Positions 53,022 to 63,615 of a stretch of DNA of 64,000 bases are shown here, in pieces. The notes below the pieces were generated by a model. It was not told where the DNA came from and did no database searches. It saw only the letters and a program-made list of their open reading frames with translations. Position 1 is the stretch's first letter; every line of letters begins with the position of its first letter. The stretch comes from Rhizophagus irregularis (taxonomy: Eukaryota), in assembly GCF_026210795.1 (NCBI RefSeq), contig NC_089431.1, positions 2,542,001 through 2,606,000 of the forward strand, given 5' to 3'. Position numbers and translations under genes: made by a program.

Positions 53022-53181
53022 TACATGCTGTTGGAATGCCATAATTATAATTTAGGATGCCATAATTCATTCAGTTTATATGTAATTTACTATGTAAAGT
53101 GCCAAAATAATTTGAGATGCTGTAATTGAATTTGGGATTTTATTTATAATTATGGCAGTCCAAATAATTGGACAACATGTA
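53022..53181. mobile_element. Degenerate TA-flanked MITE
   Basis: Left end TACATGCTGT-TGGAATGCCATAATTAT versus reverse complement of the right end TACATGTTGTCCAATTATTTGGACTGCCATAATTAT; the GCCATAATT motif also recurs internally. Confidence 0.65.
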
Positions 53182-53257
53182 TAATGTTCTGGTTATTCCT
53201 ATCCAAATGATGCATAATCATATTTGAAATATTAAGAGGTTTTAGAAAAATTATAAA

Positions 53258-54610
53258 ATACCAAAAAGGTTAACTTTAGATAATGCAAAAAAAAATTGCC
53301 AGATAACAATAAGGGAAAATGTCTTTCCAGAATTTATATAAATAGTTCATTACACTTAGAATGGTGTTGTACTAAAGTCATGGCATCCATATTGTGCAGA
53401 TCTGCAGGAAAAATTCATCAAACTCTTAAAACTGCTAAAATGATTGCGTTTAATAAAGGTGGTGATTAATTCAGTGTATGAAATTCAAGTCAAATACTTT
53501 TTGTGCAATGCGCAATAAAAAGTCACATGCAATTTGCGCACCTTATACTGTATCTGCAAAATCTTAGTTTTTAAATACAGTTCACCCTCGCTATAGTGAA
53601 TTTTTATATAGTGAATAATTTGCTATAGTAAAGAAAAGCTCAGGTACGGATTTTCTATATAAATAATAATTCTTAATACAGTTCACCTTCGCTATAGCGA
53701 ATCCCTTACTATAGTTAATCTTAACCTTCAGCCCATGAGCTTCACTATAGCGAGGGTGAACTGTATAAAATTTTATAATTATAAATTGTGCTATATGCAA
53801 ACTATAATTTGTGGAAATTAAAAAGTAGGTTGCGCTCTGCAAATTTCGCAAATATTTCAATAAATATATTAACAGTAAATCCCATTTGCAATGGAAATGT
53901 GTCAGAAATCATGAATGTAATGCAACACTTGATAGTATAGTATAAAACTCAAAATTCATGGTGTCCATATTGCGCAGGATAAGCTAAGAATACGCTAAGA
54001 TGGTTGCAATTAATAAGGGCGGAGATTGTATTTCAAATGAATATATTAATGGTTCATCTCATTTGTGGTGGAAAGGTCATGAATACTTGAAAATGTAAAA
54101 AATCGAGATTCATGGTGCCCCATATGTGCTGGATGTAATCGGACCATTGAGGATATGCAAAATTTGGCATAGAAACGCAATGGGAACTGTCTTTCGGATA
54201 GTTATAAAGATGCGCATTCTAAATTAGTATGGAATTGCTCTAAAGGACATATATGAAATGCCACATTTGCTAATGTAAAATATCAAGGCTCATGGTTCCT
54301 TTTTGTCAAAATAAACGTGAAAGTATGCCGTGAAATTGTAACTAACTATTCAGTGGACCACCATCAGAAAATTGCTGGCCGGGTTTCTTAAAAACATCTA
54401 AGAGGGTTACAACTTGATATATTTTATCCAGAATATGGTTTCGCGATCGAAATGCAAGGAGAACAGCACGAAAAATTAGAATTCTTTCATAGAGGCGATC
54501 CTAATAATTTTATCAAACAGCAAGCTGGGGATCAACTCAAGAAAGATTGCCTTTGAAGTATGTTTGGTATTACGAAGACCCATCTTCGAGAATTGGGTCT
54601 TATTGAGTAA
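53258..54610 (+). pseudogene. Pseudogene: about four Zn-ribbon repeats followed by a PD-(D/E)xK (Vsr/DUF559-like) endonuclease domain
   Basis: Repeats such as KGGDCISNEYINGSSHLWW..SWCPICAG and RNGNCLSDSYKDAHSKLVWNCSKGH; then GFLKT..RGLQLDIFYPEYGFAIEMQGEQHEK.EFFHRGDPNNFIKQQAGDQLKK..YVWYYEDP. Several stops, frameshifts and an insertion. Confidence 0.85.
53578..53763. mobile_element. 186-bp Tc1/mariner/pogo-type MITE
   Basis: Perfect 23-bp TIR CAGTTCACCCTCGCTATAGTGAA with TA target duplication (53576-77, 53764-65); a third TIR-like copy starts at 53679. Confidence 0.93.
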
Positions 54611-54890
54611 ACTCAAAACTTCAAATGCTTTTGCAATTCGTTATTATTTTTTCGAATATAATTTTATTCATCTGGAATTACACGAAAAATCTTTCTCAGA
54701 CACACAAAACACAACAAATTATTATGAGCAAAGTCTGATAATCGTCTGCGCAAATTAAGGTGGCTTAGTTTGAAACTTTTCTGTCGCACAGGGTCTATTG
54801 TATGACGGCAACTGATGTGATTTTATGATTATTATTTTTTTCATAAAAGAACGATAGTTTTTCTTCTTGCTCTTCTAATAGTCTTCTATT

Positions 54891-55792
54891 ATGACTGAAA
54901 CAGCGGGTCAATTACTAGGTCACGTCGGTCCAGTTTGCCAATGGATCCCGCAAAATTCACCCAATCCATCTTCAACAATAAGTATGGACAAATATATATT
55001 TCTAACAATAAAAATACGTAATTTTGCATGAGAAAGATTTTCTAAGGTTGTAAAGGCGGGTTTTTCGGGTAGGTTTCGTAAAATAGCTGCTTACCCACAG
55101 TTTCCAGACAACGTGAAGGAATGGATCGGATTCATGCGAAATGTCAAACTTACTGCTGCTGGTACGCAAACTCCCCTTCCAGGAGGACAATTCCCCATTG
55201 GATTCACAAGTGCAGTACCTCTCAGAGTCGAAGACGAGACAAAGCTCGTTTAGGAAGTAATGTTTTATTGCCTGTCGAAGCGTTATTAATACCACAAGGA
55301 GCATTTGTTGCAGCACCTGCCGGATTTTTAGGTGCTTCTGACTATGTTTTATGCACTAATAATTACACAGTGGCCAAGATGCCGGTGGAAATGAAAACGC
55401 GCCACAATCTTAATTTATGCGGTTATCATTTCTGGCAAATTTATCGATATAACGACCGGCGTGGAATAATGAATCCAAATTTTAGTGACCAGCGTCGAAG
55501 ATTCGATCCAAATTTTAGATTTAAGAAACGTATCCTATCGCAGATATTTAGTGAAATGGCCTGTAATGGCCTCCATTATGGCATTTTATCAAATTATAGC
55601 GATACGTACTTTCTTAAGCGAGAAGAAACAACTCCAAACACCCTGTATGTTTCCCGTGTTGTTCGACCCACTGATACTGAACCAACTTTACGCCAATGCG
55701 TTTACTATATCAGCCAACTTGCCATTAATGATAATGTCGGTAATAGATTGGGACGTGTAGTGCTTGACAGTTATTCATCTAATGACGATGAC

Positions 55793-55827
<35 letters not shown>

Positions 55828-56562
55828 CGACTCTGATTATGACGACCCTGATGATCCTTATGACCCTGATTACTCTGATGACAATTCTAGTGATGATTAT
55901 GATGATGATTCTTCGGGGAAGAGGAAGAGAAAACAGATTCCATCAGCAAAGACTAGTAGTAAAAAAAGTAAAAAAACAATTGCCAGTTCATCCAAGGTAA
56001 TCGCTACTGTAGATGAATATATAGGTGGCGGGTCTTTCGGAAAAATTTTTTCTGGATATTATGATAATCAAGCTGTGGCATGGAAGACATGTGACGCATA
56101 TAAGGAGCAAGAAGAGATGAAAACGCTAAAACACGAAGCTCATATATATTCTATTTTGAAAGAATGTCAAGGTACAATTTTTTTTCATTCATAATATTTT
56201 CAAACATTATTAACTCATCTATTGCAATATTGATATTAGGTCGTGTTGTTCCATGTTTGTTCTACAAAGGTTACATTTATGACGGATATCTTTTTGCATT
56301 AGCGTTGCAATTAATTGAGGACTCCCGTCATATTGATCCGACAAGACTCACAAAAAAGGAAAAAAAATTAATAGTCAATCAACTCAGGGCAATACATAAT
56401 TTTGGCGTCTTACACAATGATATTTCTGCGAGTAATATACTATATGAGCCAAAAAGTCGCAATTACTTTTTTATTGATTTTGGCCTAAGTGAGATCGTGG
56501 ATAATGAATCACCAAAATTGCGCAAGGAAGAAAAGAGATTAAAAAATTTTTTACAACTTTAA
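54891..56562 (+). CDS. Restriction-endonuclease-like domain, Asp-rich linker and short atypical protein kinase; probable frameshift near 55240. Exons 54891-54981, 55087(or 55101)-56171, 56240-56562
   Basis: SDYVL..PVEMKT..SQIFSEMACNGLHYGILSNYSDTYFLKR (D..ExK..Q..YG.L pattern). Kinase motifs IGGGSFGKIF, VAWK, HEAHIY, LHNDISASNIL and FIDFGLS; the protein ends ~25 aa after DFG. Confidence 0.75.
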
Positions 56563-57049
56563 CCATCTGGATGTATAGGACTATACCGCATTATCGCACT
56601 AGATGAAGAATAAATAAATTTTTATTACTGCAAGCTACAATGTATATATAACTTTCATCTTAAATCATAAAATGTAATAAACCATGAAATAAATCATATA
56701 TTTTCACAACTTATTTTTCCAATGCATATTTATTAAATATTAAAAGTGAGTTAGAAAAGAAACATATGATGCTATCAAAGAGGGAGTAAAATCTGTAAAG
56801 TAATACATGAGAAAAATTTAAGACGATGTATAGTGGGAGACATCAATATGTTTCAAATTAAAAAATTTAAAAATCCGTCTCTGTAATTCTGGCTGAAATT
56901 ATTAATTTTAGCTAGAATTAAGATTCTTATTTTATGACTTTATTAGAATTAAGCTTATATTCCAGCCAAAATTATATGACTGACCAGAATTATATGTTTC
57001 AGTTCTGAAAATTAGGCCGCTCCAAGCCAATTCTTTGTTTAACATAACA

Positions 57050-57218
57050 TAGGGGTCCCAATCTAGGGAACGTACGCACTGGCCGGAAGTTAAGTTTAAC
57101 GTTATCACGTGTAAGTGCATAACTCCCAATCTTGGGCCAGTGCGTACGTTAATATCGTACATATGATGCGTACGTTAAGGAACCACTAATCTAATTTTGG
57201 TCAAAATTTTGACCAAAA
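57050..57218. mobile_element. Small inverted-repeat element plus an adjacent perfect palindrome
   Basis: Perfect 16-bp IR AACGTACGCACTGGCC (57069-84 / 57135-50) inside imperfect ends TAGGGGTCCC..GGAACCACTA; 24-bp palindrome TTTTGGTCAAAATTTTGACCAAAA at 57195-57218. Confidence 0.55.
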
Positions 57219-57754
57219 GAGTGAGCAAAAATTTTGGATGATAATTCCGGCCAAGACTTAAAGATTTGTCTAATTGGCCTAAATTACATGTATTTTTTTT
57301 ACATAAAAAATCCAAAAACAGGGGGGTTATGTTACGGCCTTATATATAAAATACCTAATTTTACAGGTTAATAACTTTTGATTTAGATAACCAAATAACC
57401 TCAACGTCATTTATTAAATTACGTTGAAATATGTTTTAAAAATATATTTACTCAAAAAAATTTTTTAATTTATTTGATGAATTGTTGTGTCCCAAACCGT
57501 ACGCCGCGCCAACTGCGCGGATCCAATTTCCATCAATGAATTCATTTCGAAATGATACCATGATACCATAGAAAAAAGATTTTATTCAAAGTAGTATTAA
57601 CCCGAGGCCTTAGGATAGATAAATTTCGTAATTACATTTTTGTTCAATACCAATTTGTGGAATCAGGTACACGATCACGTGCTTAGAAAGCTTATCACGT
57701 TAAAAAGTTTTAAGTTTACAGTTTACACTTCTTTTTGAGCAAAAAAATTAAACA

Positions 57755-59207
57755 ATGCATAAATTACAATATGAATATACTGGCATACGAAGCAACGGGG
57801 AGAAAAAATATGCCATATTAGATCCTTCAAAAAAATATTCAGTAATTTCATTGAACAGATTAATAAAAGATGGTATAGATATAAATAATTTATCATTAAA
57901 GTCGATTTTTTTACCCGAAGAAACGAAAGTTGTAGTTAAAGTAGAATTAAATCTTTTAATTGGAAAAGAAAGAATTGAAGAGGAAATTTTGGTTAATCTT
58001 TCAGAAGAGTCAAAAGAAGAATTTTACCTGGGAAATGATTTTTTATCATCTTATTCAATAGAGAAAATAGGCAATTCAACAACAAAATATTATGAAATAG
58101 AAACAAACAAAAATTTTTATTTTTCTGTAGAAGAATGTGAGAAATCCCCTAAAAAATTGTTAAATTTTTTTACTATTTCTTTGATTATTGCAGTTTTTGC
58201 AGTAATTATATTCAATTATCAATTTATTACGGATTTATTATTGCCTTCAGTAAATGATGAAAAAGGTATTATGCTACTGACTAGGCAGTCCTCTAATTTT
58301 AATTTTAGTGAATTTATAATGAATGCTGAGGAATTAGGGCATGAAATAGATTCATTTAAATTGCCATGTAAGTTTTTTGTAACAAAATAAATTACTTTAA
58401 TTAAACTTATATAACTTATAATATTTTTCTCTTTTTTTTGAAAAAAAAAAAAAAATCTTAGCAAAAGAAATGATGAAACAAAATATTAAAAATTGTTATA
58501 GTTTGGCTAATAAATTTGACCAAATTATGGTAATTCGTAACACCATACCTCAATTAAAGAAAAATCTTAATGATTTTGCCTCAAGTTTGGAAATCGCAGA
58601 AAATTCCTATGTGAAAATATATGGTGATGGACTTTGGCTTTTTTTGGTATTTGAGAAATGTATTAAAAACATTTTGGATTATATCTCAAATAAGTCACTT
58701 ATGACATACATTCACCGCACAATAGATTATAATGAAGAAAAAAATCTTTCACGATCTATTGATGTTTTAATTGAAGCTTTAAAGACCTTTTGTTCTTCAG
58801 TAAAAGAAGCTCGCGAAGCTACATTAAAAGCGGAATCATATAGTACTGATACTCATAAACAAGTTATTGAAGCAAGATCTGTTCTTAAAGGTAATCTTAG
58901 TACTTGGAATAAAATTAGTAACTATGTTAATTCAATAATTGATAAAACTGGAGGGGATAGTTTAATTATTGATGATAAAATAGCAAATATAAAAAATACC
59001 TCTGATGATTTGAAAGGAATTGCGAAAGGTTTATTAAATTTTAAGGAAAATTTGGAAAAGTATTCAAACGTGTTTCATAATTTATTAGCTAATACGGGAT
59101 CTTTAAAACGGCTCGAATGGAATGAACATGAAGTTAATAAAACTACAGAGCTTCTGAATATGATCAAAAAGAATCACGAAAATTATAGGTCAAAGTCAAA
59201 TCATTAA
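57755..59207 (+). CDS. Family member A (452 aa): retropepsin-like domain, single TM helix, long helical C-terminal domain. Exons 57755-58367, 58462-59207
   Basis: YAILDPSKKYSVIS..FYLGNDFL; hydrophobic FFTISLIIAVFAVIIF; a phase-1 GT-AG intron joins the two ORFs in frame. Confidence 0.85.
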
Positions 59208-59479
59208 TACGTTTGTGATGCCTGATATTGATAAATATGAACATTGTTAATAGTAGAAAAGATATTTTTTTGCTTCTTTATTTTATATTTTTGTAGTTTT
59301 TTCCTAAATAAAATATAAAATATTTTATCCCGTGACCGAAATTTTATAATTTATTGATTGGTCTGCAAAATATGCCGATCATTTATATCATTTGTTCGTT
59401 ATAATTCTATTTTTTTTGTTCAATAAAGGAATAAAAACTGACGAGAGAGAAGAAATTCCTGAGAGAAGAAATTCCTGAT

Positions 59480-60543
59480 ATGATGGATGGAGATAATGAA
59501 ATGGCTGAAGAATTTCCTGATATGATGAATGGTTATAACATATTTGAGGAAGAAATCCCTAATATTAGAATTCCTGGTATAGCGAACGAAAATGGCGTTT
59601 CTAGAAACCTTATCAACAATCGATGGTTTATTCCTTTAATTATTGCCATTTCCGCAGTAATTATATTCAATAATCATTATTTTTCGTCCGAGAATTCCTT
59701 TGAATTCGTCGATTTTGACGAATTTGTAATATATTATGAAAAATTAAAATCCGAATTCGACCCATTTAAATTAACATGTAAGTTTATATATATATAAAAT
59801 CAATTTTTACTATCTATAATTTAACCTTTTAAATCAAAATTATTATAGACTGTAATAATAGTGGACAACAAAATCAATCTGTAATAGAACTTAAACTTAA
59901 TAAGTTTTGTGAGACAATGGAAATTACTAAATCTTCATATGCAAAGATGTATAGTGATGGAGTTTGGTTTTTTTGGGAAATCGAACAATGTATTAGTAGT
60001 ATCTTGAATCATATTTCAAAAAAATCAATTCTTTCATTTTTTATAAATAATAATGAAAGAAAAAATTCTTTTTCAAATAATGTTCAAGAATCAATTAAAT
60101 CTTTAGAAACCTTCAGTTCTTCAATAGAAAAGTCTTATGAAATTACGTCAATAGCAGAATCAGTTCGTAATAGTGCTCATAAGCGAGTCATTAAAGCAAA
60201 AAATGATGAACTAAAACTTATTCTCAACTGTAATAATAAAAGTCATTGGAAGAAATTTCGGGATTACATTTATTCAATGTTTGATAAAAGAGATGGCTTA
60301 AAATGTGATACTCAGAAAGGAGATTTGTTAGAACATTTAGATAATGATTTAGTGAGGATTGCAAAAATTTTACTAAATTTTAAAGGGAATTTGAAAATTC
60401 ATTCCGATGTATTACGTAAACTTTCAGATAATATAGAATATTTAAAACATCTCAAATTGAACAATCTTGAAATCCAAAAAATTAATAATATTAGAAAACT
60501 TTTGAGTATGATTAAAGAGAATCATAAAAAATTCAATAAATAA
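59480..60543 (+). CDS. Family member B: acidic N-terminal repeats, TM helix, helical domain. Exons 59480-59777, 59849-60543
   Basis: WFIPLIIAISAVIIF TM; FDEFV..FDPFKLT followed by the same intron; SYAKMYSDGVWFFW, LLNFKGNL and MIKENHK shared with A and C. Confidence 0.8.
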
Positions 60544-60818
60544 TAAAGTGGACCAATAAATATTCCGGTAGTGTTGAAATATTGCCAAACATCAGGATGC
60601 TGCTTTTCAGCTCGAATCATATAATTAATTTATTTTTTTTTATTTTTGAACTAGGTGAAATTCATACAATGTGTTTATTTTTTTATTATATAATAATACA
60701 GACCATATTTTCGCGTCAAACATTTGACGATCCTACGTCAGGTGAACAAAATGATCGGCAATGGTTAAATAAGGGGCCTTCTGAATAAATTATTTTAAAT
60801 CAAAAGAAATAAAATATA

Positions 60819-61896
60819 ATGCACCAAGACAATATTCCCCGAGATGGCGGTATTCAAGAAAATAACAACGAAAGAAGAAATGGTTATAACCTTAATCGAC
60901 GGCATTATTATGCTATTTCTTTAATTTTTGTCATTTTGGCAGTTACGTATCAATTTTCACCAACATCTGAGACGATTGTATTCACTTTTGAAGAATTTAT
61001 TAAATACGCTGAGAAATTTGGTTATGCTTTCGATATATTTAAATTACCATGTAAGTTTTGTAATAAATTATTTAGTGTGATTATTCTATAGTTTACTTAT
61101 AATTTTCTTTTTTTTATTACAAATATAAGCAAACGAAGAAATAAACCAAAATATTGTAAATTGTACTAGTTTAGCTCTTAGAATTGAACAGAGTGTAGCA
61201 TTTAATGATACTGGACCTGAATTAGTAATGAATCTTAATGATTTTAGCTCGAAATTGGAAATTGCGAAATCTTCTTATACAAAAATGTATAGTGACGGAG
61301 CTTGGTTTATTTGGAATTTTGAGCAATTTATTAATTACACCTTAAATTACGTTTCAAATGATTCATTTATGTCAACCATTACCCGCAGATTGGATCCCAA
61401 TCTTCAAAATTCTATTAAGGGATCAATAGAAGCTTTAGACAATTTTCTTTCTTCCGTAGAAGAAGCTTACGAAGCTACATCAACGGCAGAATCATTTCGT
61501 AGTGGTACTCATAAACAAGTCATTAAGGCAAAAGATGAAGTACAAAGATTTATTGAAAATATCAATAACCCAAGTTATTCGAAACGAATTCGTGATCTCA
61601 TTGATTCGGTAACTGATACTACAAAAGTGAATGCTTTAAAAGTTGATAATAAAATAGCCACAGAAATCGAATCTTTCTTAACGTATTTAGATGATGATTT
61701 AAATAGGGTTAAGAGTATTTTATTAAAATTTAAAGAAAATCTGGGAAAACACAAAAATTTTCTACGTCAACTTGAAGCTGGCATAGAACCTATAAAACAA
61801 CTCAAATGGAACGAACATGAGATCAATCAAGTTAGAGAATTATTAAATATGATAAAAGAAAATCATAAAAACTTTAAATCAAGAGTAAATCAATAA
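60819..61896 (+). CDS. Family member C (332 aa): short N-terminus, TM helix, helical domain. Exons 60819-61050, 61130-61896
   Basis: YYAISLIFVILAVTYQF TM; FDIFKLP then the intron; NLNDFSSKLEIAKSSYTKMYSDGAWF and QLKWNEHEINQVRELLNMIKENHK. Confidence 0.85.
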
Positions 61897-62225
61897 TATG
61901 TGTATCAATAATCTGTTTTTTTTTTTAATTAAAGAAAAATTTCTTATTTCTGTCCAAAATTTTTGGGCGGAGTTATTCAGTGCTTAGTTTATGCACCTGC
62001 ACGTGATAAAGTACGTCAACATCTGTACCCCATATAGGTGCACAAATACTGGTTACGCGTTCGTCTCTTTCTCTTTCTTCTAATTGTTCTTAACAAGTTT
62101 CGCGTTTTTAAATTATATATTTCCAATTCACTGGATGGCCTAAATAATATAAATGTTTTCGTCTTAATCATTCCTTATTGAAAAGTTTTCGTTTAGTTGT
62201 TTTTTTATAAAAAAAATTTAATACA

Positions 62226-63354
62226 ATGCAGATTAAACAAAAAAAATATAAAGTTCAATATGAATACGTTAGCAAAGATAATTTCAATGAAAAGAAAAAA
62301 TATGTAATATTAGATCCTTCAAAAAATCATTCAATAATTTCATTAAATCGATTAAAGAATGATGGTATTGATACGAATAAAATTTCATTTAAACCAGTTT
62401 ATTTAACTCAAGATGTGAAAATTTTAACTAAATTAGAATTAAATCTTTTAATTGGTAAAGAAAAAATTGAGAAAAAGATATCAATTATGATCTCAGAAGA
62501 ATTGAATGATCAATTTTATTTAGGAAATGATTTTTTATCATCTTATTCAATAAGTGAAAATGATAATACAATAAGATATAATTTAATTCAAATAGGTCAA
62601 GAAATAGAAATAGAAGAAATTCTTGACGAAAATGATGATATTTTTGGAGAAGAAATTCAAGATATTATGAATGAAAATGATATTATCAACGAAGAAAATA
62701 TTCCTATCAGAAATCAACAGCTTAAATTAAATTTTAAAAATATTTTTTTTATTATTATTTCTTTAATTATTGCCATGTTTGCAGTCAAATATCAATATAT
62801 GTTGAATTTTAAATCACCAGCCACGGATTTGTCATCTACAGATTTATCACTTGAACAATTTGAATTTAATTTTGACGAATCAGAGAAATTAGAGGAAATA
62901 GAACAAGAAAGCAATTCATTTGAAATATTACGTAAGTTTTTTTTTCAAAATTAATTTATTTTATAACAAAATCCTCGAAGTAATTAGTTATTGTAATTTA
63001 CTAGCTGTAGAATGTTTTAATACTATCTGTGACTGTCCAGAGTCAAAGGAGGAAACAAAGAAGAAAAATATTAAGAAAAAATCAACGAAGAGACCAACGA
63101 AACAATCAACGAAACAATCAACGAAACAATCAGAGAAGAAACTAACGAAGCAATCAACGAAGAGACCAACGAAACAATCAACGAAACAATCAGAGAAGAA
63201 ACCAACGAAGCAATCAACGAAGAGATCAACGAAACAATCAAAGAAACCAACGAAGAGATCAACGAAGCGATCAATTAAGAGATCAATGAAGAATAAATCA
63301 AAGAAACAGGGGAGAATTTCGCAAATCATGAGAAAATTTATTCGATATATGTGA
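62226..63354 (+). CDS. Family member D (~351 aa): retropepsin-like domain, acidic repeats, TM helix, basic TKQS-repeat tail. Exons 62226-62931, 63005-63354
   Basis: YVILDPSKNHSIIS..FYLGNDFL; IFFIIISLIIAMFAV TM; the phase-1 intron at the homologous position splices in frame to the K/S/T repeat ORF (acceptor inferred). Confidence 0.72.
63082..63290 (+). repeat. Coding 12-bp minisatellite (variants of ACGAAACAATCA) encoding TKQS/TKRP/EKKP tetrapeptides
   Basis: About 17 units with a 60-bp higher-order periodicity. Confidence 0.9.
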
Positions 63355-63615
63355 TATATGTCAGATGAGAATAGAAGAATCTTACTTTAAATGGTAGATA
63401 TTCGTTGTACAATTTTTTTTTTAAAAAAAAGCAAGTTGAAAATTTGTTTACGATAGTAATAATTCAAATTCAAGCATAATTATTTTTTATAATATTTAAA
63501 AGAATAAAAATAAATATACTTTTATTTAAAAGGGATTAGCCGCAGTAGCGGCAGCATATGATTGATCATCATATATAAAGAATTAATCTTTTCTGTTCTT
63601 TTATCAGAAAAACAA

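Noticed and set aside
57755..63354. LTR retrotransposon as the explanation for the protease-like domains
   Set aside because: No LTRs, gag, RT, RNase H or integrase; the genes have spliceosomal introns and TM helices.
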